DNA of 64,000 bases, from positions 1 through 64,000 of IMG/VR virus record IMGVR_UViG_3300047353_000337; one strand, given 5' to 3'. The DNA comes from a virus. The notes beneath the pieces are model-generated. The model made no database searches. It was not told the DNA's origin and saw only the letters and a list, made by a program, of their open reading frames with translations. This document shows positions 9,050 through 19,300 of the stretch, in pieces (the first letter of the stretch is position 1; each line of letters opens with the position of its first letter). The position numbers and the translations under genes are program-made.

Positions 9050-11815
9050 ATGGATCAATTAGAATCAAATAATATCAATAAACGCTCTTCGGGTGTAGGC
9101 TTTGCAAAAATGCCTCCAGGTCCTTTTCTAGCAAAAGTAGTCAATCATTTAGATCCTAAACGTCAAGGAGCATTGCGGGTACAATTATTACCTAACACAG
9201 TTAGCGGCTCAGACGATTTAGATGACGGACAATTATTTACAGCTAGATATTGCTCACCGTTTTACGGAACTACAGATGTTCGTAGTAACGGAAAAAATAA
9301 CGACTATTATAATACGCAACAGAGTTATGGATTTTGGGCAGTACCGCCTGATCCAGGAACTAAAGTTCTTGTTATATTTGCAGAAGGATCACCAAACCAG
9401 TGTTATTGGATAGGATGTGTTCAAGACGAATATATGAACATGATGGTTCCGGGTGGCTATCCAGCAGACAAGTCAACTAATATTGTACAAGACGGGATAC
9501 TAGATGACTTCAAAGGTAAAAGTTTACCTGTAGGAGAATTTAATAAAAGTATTGGAGCTAACGCAACAGGACCTCTAGATATACGTAAAGGAAATAATCC
9601 AGATAAATTTCCAAGACCTATTAATCCTATGATGTCTTTGACACTTGCAAAGCAAGGTCTTGAACAAGATGTTATTAGAGGAACAACAACTACAAGTTCA
9701 AGACGTGACATTCCTAATACTGTTTATGGTTGGAATACTCCAGGACCTTTAGATAAACGTGACGGCAAGCCAAAAGGAAAATATGGAGATGTACGAAGTT
9801 CAGCTTATATGTTTAGAAGCAGACTAGGCGGATCTGCATTTACAATGGATGACGGAGATCCTACTATTCTTAGAAATGGAATAGCAAAAGAAAATCCCGC
9901 ACTATATTATGATATTGAGAATACTCCTGATAATATTAGTAAGTCAGATGTTACATTACCGTTTAATGAACATATTAGATTACGTTCAAGAACAGGCCAT
10001 CAAATTTTATTACACAACACAGAAGACTTAATTTACATTGGTAATGCAAATGGTACAGCATGGATTGAATTAACATCAAATGGTAAAATTGATGTGTATG
10101 CACAAGATAGTATTAACCTAAGAACTGAAACAGATCTTAACATAAAAGCTGATAGAGATATAAACATTGAGTCTGGTAAAGATATTAACTTTACAGCAGG
10201 ACGTAATTATAAGTTAATGGTTAATAATGATAGAGATGTTAAAACAAATAAAAACGAAACTACATTTGTTGGAATGGATAAAAACGAATGGACAGGTAAT
10301 AATCATACAGTTGCAGTAGGTAGCGACCAAGATATTCAAATTAAAGGAACACAGCGTTCTACTATTAGTGGAGATTATAATTTACAAGTTAGTCAAGATG
10401 GACATATTGCTATAAACGCAAACTTGCATAGTAAAGTAGTTGGCGATTATAGACAAACTGTAAATGGTGCATTCAATTTAAAAACCGCTGGTGATAACAA
10501 ATTTACTAGTGGAGCAAGTACACAAATTAAAAGTACTCTTGCAAATAAATTAGATGCAGGAACATTAACTTCTATTTTAAGTGTAGGAACACATTCAGAA
10601 ACTGCATCACAAATACACATGAATAGTACAGTGCCTGCAACAACAGCAGATGTTGCCGATACAGTTGGCGATGCATTTAGTTTTCCGGTAACTAATTCAG
10701 TAATAGATAATACTAGCCGAGTGCTTGATAAAGATAATGTAGTTATGAATGATGCAAGCGGAAATCCATTAAGAGTAACAGCAGATGCACTTAGAGCAAG
10801 TGTTGCAGTTGAAGCAAACAGACCAAGACGTATTCCAAGACACGAACCATGGGACGGACACGAAAACATTAATCCAGCAGGACATACTCCTAGTGCTACA
10901 GCAAGTATATTATCACCGTCACCAGAAGTTAGATTACAACAACCTCAGATTGATAAAGATAGTGATATACCTGATTACTCAGAAACATCGGGTATCTATA
11001 ATGCACAAGATGCATATATCCGAGATCCAGTAACAGGTGAGCGTGTAAAAGAAACGTTTGATGCTGACAAAATTCCAACTAAAAACACAGATAATGCATC
11101 AGGTAACCAGCCAGCAGATCCTGTGCCTGTTGACGATATGCAACGGTATTTCTTAAGCGAACTTATAAAAGGTTTAGGATTAGATCCATTAACTTGGAAA
11201 TCAACAAATGCTCATGCACTAGCAATGGCTTGTGCCCAAGTACAAAAAGAATGTAACTTTGAACCAAGGTCAGAAAATATGAACTATAGAGTATCAACTC
11301 TACAGCGTGTATGGCCAAATAGATTTGGCGGATCAGCAGGCAAGCGTAAAGCTGAAACACTTGTTGCAGGTGGACCACCTGCTATTGCAAACTCAGTATA
11401 CGGAAATAGAATGGGCAACGGCTCTGCAGAAACAGGCGACGGATTTAGATATAGAGGTAGAGGACTTATACAAATTACAGGAACAAGTAACTATAAAAAA
11501 TATGGCGGACTAGCAGGTGTTGATATTTACAACAATGCTGACATGGCAAACGATCCTACAGTTGCTACAAAAGTTGCAGTAGCATACTTAAAAAGTAAAA
11601 GTGTAGATTGGACAAGTGCAGATTTTAATGCTTTAGGTACACAGTTTAAAAAAGCAGTAGGATACGCAGATGCTGGTGGATCAAACACAGCAAGCAGAAT
11701 TGGATTAGGAAAAGGATTCTATCAAAAAATCATTAATAATGAACTTACACCATTAGCAAGTTTAATCTTATCAACACCTATCGATAAAGGTGCAGGAACA
11801 TCACAGGTACAGTAA
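9050..11815 (+). CDS. gp5: Baseplate central spike (gp5/VgrG-like) with C-terminal GH19 lysozyme/chitinase-like domain
   Basis: N-terminal OB fold (DPKRQGALRV...PPDPGTKVLVIF), beta-helix repeats, HEPW..HEN, then QVQKEC.F...ENMNY, ANSVYGNRMGN, DGFRYRGRGLIQITG..NY. Confidence 0.85.
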   Translation: MDQLESNNINKRSSGVGFAKMPPGPFLAKVVNHLDPKRQGALRVQLLPNTVSGSDDLDDGQLFTARYCSPFYGTTDVRSNGKNNDYYNTQQSYGFWAVPPDPGTKVLVIFAEGSPNQCYWIGCVQDEYMNMMVPGGYPADKSTNIVQDGILDDFKGKSLPVGEFNKSIGANATGPLDIRKGNNPDKFPRPINPMMSLTLAKQGLEQDVIRGTTTTSSRRDIPNTVYGWNTPGPLDKRDGKPKGKYGDVRSSAYMFRSRLGGSAFTMDDGDPTILRNGIAKENPALYYDIENTPDNISKSDVTLPFNEHIRLRSRTGHQILLHNTEDLIYIGNANGTAWIELTSNGKIDVYAQDSINLRTETDLNIKADRDINIESGKDINFTAGRNYKLMVNNDRDVKTNKNETTFVGMDKNEWTGNNHTVAVGSDQDIQIKGTQRSTISGDYNLQVSQDGHIAINANLHSKVVGDYRQTVNGAFNLKTAGDNKFTSGASTQIKSTLANKLDAGTLTSILSVGTHSETASQIHMNSTVPATTADVADTVGDAFSFPVTNSVIDNTSRVLDKDNVVMNDASGNPLRVTADALRASVAVEANRPRRIPRHEPWDGHENINPAGHTPSATASILSPSPEVRLQQPQIDKDSDIPDYSETSGIYNAQDAYIRDPVTGERVKETFDADKIPTKNTDNASGNQPADPVPVDDMQRYFLSELIKGLGLDPLTWKSTNAHALAMACAQVQKECNFEPRSENMNYRVSTLQRVWPNRFGGSAGKRKAETLVAGGPPAIANSVYGNRMGNGSAETGDGFRYRGRGLIQITGTSNYKKYGGLAGVDIYNNADMANDPTVATKVAVAYLKSKSVDWTSADFNALGTQFKKAVGYADAGGSNTASRIGLGKGFYQKIINNELTPLASLILSTPIDKGAGTSQVQ

Positions 11816-12018
11816 TGCATAAATTTGTAATAATGAAAAACAATGAACTTTTTACGTACACAAATTTTGAGGATATTCCTCTAGACTTTGATCACATAAT
11901 TGAATTCAATCCTTCAGTACCCCCTGAGCCACATACTGAAGAACAACACCAAGAAATTGCACAATGGCCAGATAGATTAGAAACATTAATGGAGATAGAA
12001 CGTGCCCGCAGTAACTAG
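11815..12018 (+). CDS. Small hypothetical protein adjacent to PAAR
   Basis: 67-aa ORF overlapping both neighbours; PPEPHTEEQH motif. Confidence 0.6.
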   Translation: MHKFVIMKNNELFTYTNFEDIPLDFDHIIEFNPSVPPEPHTEEQHQEIAQWPDRLETLMEIERARSN

Positions 12019-12292
12019 AATTGGAGATGCAGATGTAGCTCACTGTTCGGGTATGACTAGAGCAGAAGGATCAGGTGATGTATTTGCAAATGGAATATCT
12101 GTAAGTAGACAGGGTGATAATAATACTTCACATTTACTACCTCCTGTACCATGTCCAAGTCATGCCGCACCAATAGCAGTAGGATCAACAACAGTTTTTA
12201 CAAATGGCAAAGGAACAGGCAGAATAGGAGATGCGATATCAGGTTGTACAAGCGTAGCGGCTGGCAGTCCTAATGTTTTCGCCGGCGGATAA
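12002..12292 (+). CDS. PAAR spike-tip protein (gp5.4-like)
   Basis: PAVTRIGD, RQGD..H, GS.TVF.NG...RIGD, GSPNVFAG repeats with His/Cys zinc ligands. Confidence 0.9.
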   Translation: MPAVTRIGDADVAHCSGMTRAEGSGDVFANGISVSRQGDNNTSHLLPPVPCPSHAAPIAVGSTTVFTNGKGTGRIGDAISGCTSVAAGSPNVFAGG

Positions 12293-12299
12293 AATAAGG

Positions 12300-12305
12300 T
12301 AAATA
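12300..12305 (+). promoter_or_regulatory. Putative late promoter TAAATA, 5 nt before the gp25 ATG
   Basis: GGTAAATATTAATATG. Confidence 0.55.
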
Positions 12306-12310
12306 TTAAT

Positions 12311-12745
12311 ATGGCAACAGATTTATACAAAACAATTAAAATTACTCCTAAAAGGCAGTCAAAACCTCCTGTATCACAGAAGGCATACAGAGGATTCAGC
12401 ACAGTTAATCCTGACAACAATTCTTTCCAACAATTTGATGTTTCATTAATTAAACAAAATTTATTAAATCATCTTAATATACGCCAAGGAGAAAAGTTAT
12501 CTGATCCTAGATTTGGTTGTATTATTTGGGATGCCTTATACGAGCCATTAACATCACAACTAAAAGACGCAATTACAGAAAATGTTACAAATATTGTAAA
12601 TTACGATCCAAGAACTAGAGCTACAGGAGTTCAAGTTTCGGAATACGAAAGCGGATTACAAATAGAATGTACGTTGATGTACTTAGACTACAATATTAGT
12701 GAACAACTAAGATTACAGTTTGATAAAAGCGTTGGATTGTCGTGA
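12311..12745 (+). CDS. gp25: Baseplate wedge / sheath initiator (gp25-like)
   Basis: LIKQNLLNHLNIRQGEK..DPRFGCIIWD.LYEP...YDPR pattern of GPW/gp25. Confidence 0.85.
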   Translation: MATDLYKTIKITPKRQSKPPVSQKAYRGFSTVNPDNNSFQQFDVSLIKQNLLNHLNIRQGEKLSDPRFGCIIWDALYEPLTSQLKDAITENVTNIVNYDPRTRATGVQVSEYESGLQIECTLMYLDYNISEQLRLQFDKSVGLS

Positions 12746-12774
12746 CACAATTAACTACTAGTATTATTGTTTTC

Positions 12775-12787
12775 AATAAATACAGTA
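12775..12787 (+). promoter_or_regulatory. Putative late promoter AATAAATACAGTA before gp6
   Basis: The same 13-mer recurs at 31409-31421. Confidence 0.6.
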
Positions 12788-12808
12788 GAGTTTAAAGAAG
12801 GATAATCA

Positions 12809-15800
12809 ATGTCATCAACCGACAGACAAAATAGATTGCTACTTGCAGAAGATTGGCAAAAAGTATATCAAAGTTACCGTAATGCGGAATTCCGTAGCTA
12901 CGACTTTGACACACTTAGACGGGCAATGATCACCTATCTAAGACAAAATTACCCAGAAGATTTTAACGATTATGTAGATACATCAGAGTACCTTGCACTA
13001 ATTGATATGATTGCATTCTTAGGTCAGAACATTAGTTATAGAGTTGACCTAAACGCAAGAGAAAACTTCTTAGAACTAGCAGAACGTAGAGAATCAGTTC
13101 TCCGTTTAGCTCGTATGCTTTCATATAATCCTAGACGTAATCAGTGTGCAAACGGACTACTTAAATTTGAGACAGTAAGCACTACAGAAAATTTAATTGA
13201 CAGTAATGGCACTAACTTATCAGACCAAACTATTATCTGGAATGACCCTAGTAATGCTAACTGGTCAGAACAATTTAGGCGTGTGTTGAATTCAGCACTT
13301 CCACAAAACGGAACAGTTGGTAAGCCATCAATAACCAAAGCAATTAATGGAGTACTTACACAACAGTATAGATTTACATCTACAGGTAACGATGTTCCTA
13401 TATATACTTTTAGTAAATCAGTTAACGGTTCTTCAACACAATTTGAAATTGTATCAACAGGTATTGATACTGACTTTAATGTAATAACAGAAGAAAATCC
13501 TGTACCAGGAAATAGTCTAGCATTTTTATATAGAGAAGATGGAAGAGGTTCAGGAAGTTCAAACTCAGGATATTTTTTACATTTTAGACAAGGAAGTTTG
13601 AAATCTAACGCATTTGACGTTTCAGCTCCGTCAGCTAATCAAAGGATTTCAATTGAAGCAGAAAATATTAATGATACTGATGTTTGGCTTTATGGTTTAA
13701 CCAGTAATGGTATTCCTAGTAAAATTTGGACAAAGGTAAGTTCAACTGAAGGGAACAATGCAATCTATAATAGTTTAAACAAAAAACTTAAAGATTTTTA
13801 TGTTGTACAAACTAGAGCAGATGACGAGATTAGTTTAGTATTTGCAGACGGCACATTTGGTAACTTGCCGCAAGGCGGATTTAGAGTTTATTATAGAACT
13901 AGTGCTAATAGATCGTTAAGTATTGCTCCAAGTGAATTAACAGATATTACTATTAGTTTTCCTTATCTTTCTAAGGCAGGAACAACAGAAACAATGACTG
14001 TTGGCTTAGAACTTAAAACACCAGTAACTAATGCTACTATTAGTGAAACAACTTCAAGTATTAGAACTAACGCTCCGCAAACTTACTATACACAAAATAG
14101 AATGGTTACTGGCGAAGATTATAATATTGTTCCTTTAACAACTAATCAAGAAATTATTAAAGTAAAATCAACAAATAGAATTGCTAGTGGTATTAGTAGA
14201 TATTTTGATCTTAAAGATGCTACTGGAAAATATTCTAGTACAAATTTATATGGCAGTGATGGAATACTTTATAGAGAGCCATATGAAAACAAAACGTCTT
14301 TTACGTTTGGCACTCAAACAGATATTGAAGGCGCTATTGAAAATACAATATTGCCTATTATACAAAATAGAGCAATTAGTAACTTTTACTTTGCAAACTA
14401 TGCTAAGATTATTGTTAGTGATCTTAATGCTACATGGAAGCAGTCAACTAAGACAACTAACAGTTCAACAGGACTATTAAATAATATTAATGATGTTGCA
14501 TATCAACTTGGAACATTTACAGGCGGTTCTTTAAAATATGTAGAAGCTGGAGCATTGCTTAAATTTAAACCACCAGTAGGATTTTATTTTATTGGTAATG
14601 GAGAGCTTACAAGTAACGCATCAGCAAAAGGCGCAAGTACATATAAATGGGTAAAAGTTATAAGCGTAGATGGTGCAGGCACAAGTGTTAACAGTGCAAC
14701 AGGTTTTGGACCAGTTGTGTTTAATGAAATATTACCTGCAAACAGTATACTAGAAGAAGTTAAACCAAAACTAGTAAAAGACATTTCAACAGATGTTAGA
14801 TCACAAATTATTGATCAAGTATTTTCATATAAAACTTTTGCATTAAGATATGATCAAGTTACAAGAAACTGGCGTATTATTATTAACGAAAATTTAAACA
14901 CAGTAGATGTGTTTAGTAATGGTAAAACAGGTGATGTAACAAATAATCAACTTGACTCAAGTTGGCTAATATTATTCGAAACAAACGGAGAAAAATATAC
15001 AGTTACAAATAGAGGACTTAGATATATTTTTGAAAGCGATAAAGAACTTTCTTTTTACTTTGATGGACAAAATAAAATTTACGATTCACAAACAGGACAG
15101 TTAGTAAAAGACAAAGTTGCAATTATGAACTTTAATACTAAGCCTGACGAACTTACACCATTTAATAATGATGTTAATTGGGAAATTGTTAATGCTTTTC
15201 GAAACACAGACGGATATATTAACAGCAAAAAAGTAGAAGTTAGTTTCTTTGATTTAAATGATGATGGCAGTATCGACGATCCAGACATATTTGATGCTGT
15301 AGTTGCACCTTTAACAAATACATCTACAAAATATATTTTCTTAAAGAAAGAATCATCGGATCAAGGATTTAACAAATATAATTATTATAATGCAGGTAGT
15401 ACAATCCAAACAGTTACAACAGAAACTGAAATTGGAGCATACAGTCAGTATTCAACAGGCCAAGTTTTTTATATTATTGATAACGATAACTTTAAAGTAT
15501 TAACTAATAATGTTCTTGTAGTAACAGCAGATTATAGAGCACACGTTGGCAGACCAGATCTTAAATTCCAGTACGTACATAGTGCAGATGATGGTAATAG
15601 AATTGATCCGAGTGTAAGTAATATTATTGATGTTTACATGCTTACACAAACATATGATCAAAACTATAGGAAGTATATTAGTGGAGCGATTGCTACTGAA
15701 CCTTTACCACCAAGTACAGATGAATTATTCCAAAACTACGGTGCAGAAATTGGCCAGTATAAATCAATTAGTGATGAAGTAATTTATCATTCCGTACAAT

Positions 15801-16372
15801 ATAAGCCTTTATTTGGTGTGCATGCACAAGAGAATTTACAAGCAACATTTAAAATTGTAAAGAATAGCGGTGAAGTAGTTAATAACAATGAAGTAAAAAC
15901 ACAAGTGATTAGTGCAATTAATTCGTTCTTTAGTTTGCAAAACTGGGATTTTGGAAATACATTCCATTTTACTGAACTTGCAACACATATAATGAATAGA
16001 ACAGCACCAGATGTTGTTAATATTTTATTAGTACCCAAACAAGCAAATCAAGGGTTTGGAAGTTTATATGAAGTTAAAGCAGAAAATAACGAGATCTTTA
16101 TTAACGATGCTACAGTTGAAGATATTGAAATTATTGATTCTGTAACAGCATCTAGAATCCAATCGGCAGGAAATGTAGTTACATCTACAGGAACTATTAA
16201 TACAGGAATTAAGAGTCAAGCATTATCAACAACTACAACTACTACAGCAACTACTACTAGTACAACAAGTTCGAGTAGTTCAAGCAGTTCGGGTAGTTCA
16301 GGTAGTTCAGGTAGTTCAGGATCAAGCGGTGGAAGCGGAAGCTCCGGCGGCGGCGGAGGTTATGGATACTAA
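12809..16372 (+). CDS. gp6: Baseplate wedge subunit (gp6-like)
   Basis: YDFDTLR, ENFLELAERRESVLRLARMLSYNP, FADGTFG.LP, IRTNAPQTYYTQNRMVTGEDY motifs. Confidence 0.85.
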   Translation: MSSTDRQNRLLLAEDWQKVYQSYRNAEFRSYDFDTLRRAMITYLRQNYPEDFNDYVDTSEYLALIDMIAFLGQNISYRVDLNARENFLELAERRESVLRLARMLSYNPRRNQCANGLLKFETVSTTENLIDSNGTNLSDQTIIWNDPSNANWSEQFRRVLNSALPQNGTVGKPSITKAINGVLTQQYRFTSTGNDVPIYTFSKSVNGSSTQFEIVSTGIDTDFNVITEENPVPGNSLAFLYREDGRGSGSSNSGYFLHFRQGSLKSNAFDVSAPSANQRISIEAENINDTDVWLYGLTSNGIPSKIWTKVSSTEGNNAIYNSLNKKLKDFYVVQTRADDEISLVFADGTFGNLPQGGFRVYYRTSANRSLSIAPSELTDITISFPYLSKAGTTETMTVGLELKTPVTNATISETTSSIRTNAPQTYYTQNRMVTGEDYNIVPLTTNQEIIKVKSTNRIASGISRYFDLKDATGKYSSTNLYGSDGILYREPYENKTSFTFGTQTDIEGAIENTILPIIQNRAISNFYFANYAKIIVSDLNATWKQSTKTTNSSTGLLNNINDVAYQLGTFTGGSLKYVEAGALLKFKPPVGFYFIGNGELTSNASAKGASTYKWVKVISVDGAGTSVNSATGFGPVVFNEILPANSILEEVKPKLVKDISTDVRSQIIDQVFSYKTFALRYDQVTRNWRIIINENLNTVDVFSNGKTGDVTNNQLDSSWLILFETNGEKYTVTNRGLRYIFESDKELSFYFDGQNKIYDSQTGQLVKDKVAIMNFNTKPDELTPFNNDVNWEIVNAFRNTDGYINSKKVEVSFFDLNDDGSIDDPDIFDAVVAPLTNTSTKYIFLKKESSDQGFNKYNYYNAGSTIQTVTTETEIGAYSQYSTGQVFYIIDNDNFKVLTNNVLVVTADYRAHVGRPDLKFQYVHSADDGNRIDPSVSNIIDVYMLTQTYDQNYRKYISGAIATEPLPPSTDELFQNYGAEIGQYKSISDEVIYHSVQYKPLFGVHAQENLQATFKIVKNSGEVVNNNEVKTQVISAINSFFSLQNWDFGNTFHFTELATHIMNRTAPDVVNILLVPKQANQGFGSLYEVKAENNEIFINDATVEDIEIIDSVTASRIQSAGNVVTSTGTINTGIKSQALSTTTTTTATTTSTTSSSSSSSSGSSGSSGSSGSSGGSGSSGGGGGYGY
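16228..16362 (+). repeat. Low-complexity Thr then Ser/Gly tail of gp6, with 9-bp tandem repeat GGTAGTTCA x3 (16292-16318)
   Basis: Read directly; encodes STTTTTTATTTSTTSSSSSSSSGSSGSSGSSGSSGGSGSSGGGGG. Confidence 0.85.
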
Positions 16373-19300
16373 TGGCACAAGATGAAAGCCCAATCCCAAC
16401 AAGCGGGGATGCAAAAAGAAGAACAGCTGATTTACTACCAAGATATTTTAGAACAACAGCAAACAAAAAGTTTCTAAGTAGCACAATTGATCAGCTAACG
16501 CAACCCGGGTCAATTGAAAAGATTGATGGCTATATTGGTCGTAGAGATGCAAAGGCATTTAAGTCCACTGACAATTACGTTTCTGATGTTTCAGCAGAGA
16601 GAGAAGACTATCAACTTGAACCTATTGCAACAGTTACAGATAACTTAGGTAATACAACGTACTACGGTGATTATCGAGATTATATAAACAGTAGCAAAAT
16701 TAGAAATACAGACAATATTGATCACAGCCTATACAGTTCACAAGAATATTATGCTTGGGATCCTCATATTAATTGGGACAAGTTTGTAAACTTTAGAGAA
16801 TACTATTGGTTACCTTCAGGACCTAACGAAGTTCCAGTTTACGGAACAGCTCGAAATATTATTAGTACTTTTGCAGTAGCTAGACAAGATAATGTAGATA
16901 ATAATTCTTATATTTTTAGCAAAGAAAATAAAGTAAGTAATCCAACACTTACTTTGTATAGAGGCCAAACGTATAACTTTGATATAGATGCTATTGATAT
17001 GCCTTTAAGTATTAGAACTAGTAATAGTATTAACGATGATACAAACCTATATAACATTGGTGTTAGCCAACAAAAAGTAGAGCAAGGTAGTATTACTTGG
17101 ACAGTTGATTTAGAGTCACCTAATGCGTTATATTATACAAACGGAAACGATCCTGAAGCATCAGGTCTTATTATTATTAAGGATATTAGAGATAATACAC
17201 AACTTAATGTAGGCGAAGAAATTATTGGTAAGAAAACTTATACTATGCAAAATGGTTACGAATTAACTAATGGCATGAAAGTAAAGTTTTACGGAACAAT
17301 TACACCAGCCAAATACGGAGAAGGTAATTGGTATGTTGAAGGTGTTGGAGAATCTATTACATTAATAGCAGAAGAAGATTTAGTTATTACTGCCGATTAT
17401 TTAACCGACGTTTCAACAGAATTTGATGCACAAGGATTTAGTGCATTACCTTTTGACGATGCAACTTCATACGCTATCCTAAAAGATTATATTGTTGTTA
17501 ACAAAGCATCAAAAGATGGAAACCAATGGTCACGTTATAATAAATGGACACACAAAAGTGTCATCGAAACTATTGCGGCAGTTAATAACGTTCCTGTAGT
17601 ACTAGATCAAACTTATAGAGCTACAAGACCAATTATTGAATTTGACGCAGGACTAAAACTTTATAATTTTGGTACACAATCAAAAACATCAGTTGACGTA
17701 GTTGATACAGTTACTAAAGATGTGTTTTCAAATATTGAAGGACAAGCAGGTTACTTTGTTGACGGTGTTGAATTAGTTACAGGTATGCGAGTATTGTTTA
17801 CAGCAGATCCGGATAGTTTTGTTGCTGGTAAAATTTATGAAGTAGGTTTTATTAGTCAGAATGGCCAAGCTCAAATTGCACTAAAGGAAACTACAGATAC
17901 TACTCCTTTAACAAATGAAACAGTTCTTGTAAAAGCAGGCACAAACTATAAAGGTAAGATTTTTTATTATAACGGTACTACGTGGAAACAAACACAAGAT
18001 AAAATAAAAGTTAATCAACAACCGTTATTTGATTTGTATAATGATGCAGGAGCACAACTTTCTACACTAGAGTCAAGTACATTTGCTGGTAACAAAGTGT
18101 TTAGTTATAAAGTTGGAACAGGCACTAACGATTCTCAATTAGGATTTCCGTTAAGTTATAGAACCATTGAAAATAGCGGTGATATTGTTTTTGACTTTAA
18201 CTTATTAGCAGACACGTATCAATATGACGAAGTTGCTGATGTATTTACAGTTAGTACTGACACTGCACTATTAAGACAATATACTGGCAGAACTTCATAC
18301 ACAAATGTATCAGGATGGACTAAAGCACCAACTAAATCTACACAACCAGTTGTTGAACAATTTACAGTTGCAGAAAGAACAAATAATTTTATTATTGATG
18401 TTTATTTAAACAGTGGTAACTTAAATGATTTAGACATTAAAGTTTATGTAAACAGTACTCGTAAAAGAGATGGCGTCGATTACACAATCAATCGAGTTAA
18501 CGGATATGCATATGTTGCATTTTATACAGACTTAGTAGAAAGTGATAAGTTAGTTTTAAAAACAACATCAAGTGCTAAAAAAATACAAGGATTAGGACAT
18601 TACGAATTTCCAATCAACTTTGAAAAAAATCCGCAGAACGAAAACGTTACAACTTTTACACTAGGCGAAGTATTAGATCATGTTGATAGTATTGTTGATA
18701 ATGTAAGCGGGTTCAAAGGCTTATATCCAGGTGTTAGTAATTTACGTGATTTAGGCACTCCATCAAAGTACGGTTTAAAATTTGTACAACATAGTGGACC
18801 AGTTAATCTTGCATTATATAATTTAACAGATAAAGACTATGATGCTATTGAAGCTATGAAATGGTCAGGGTTTGAATACATTAAATTTAAGAGAGAATTT
18901 TTAAGAACAGCAAATGATCTTGGATTTGAAGGATACGATAAAGTACATGTTGACAAAGTACTTACTGAACTTAATTTAAACAAAACTAATAAAGATGCAT
19001 TTTACTTTAGTGATATGTTAGCACACGGTGGCGAAACAACAGTAAGACATGCAATTGAAGATGAGTCACAAACAATATTTTCACTAGCGAATGGTATTGA
19101 CTTTACAACGTTATCAGAAAAAGCAGTATTAGCATACTTAAATGAAAAACAACTAGTACTTAACAAAGACTATACAGTTAGTACAGATGGATTTTTAACA
19201 TTATTAAATGCTCCAAGTGCTGGAGATGTATTAGACGTTTATGAATATGTTTCAACTGATGGTTGTTGGGTTCCGCCAACTCCTACTAAGTTAGGATTGT

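Noticed and set aside
4822-16372. Bacterial extracellular contractile injection system or T6SS locus
   Set aside because: The gene order resembles eCIS, but adjacent gp46/gp47/gp55 and T4-type late promoters indicate a phage genome
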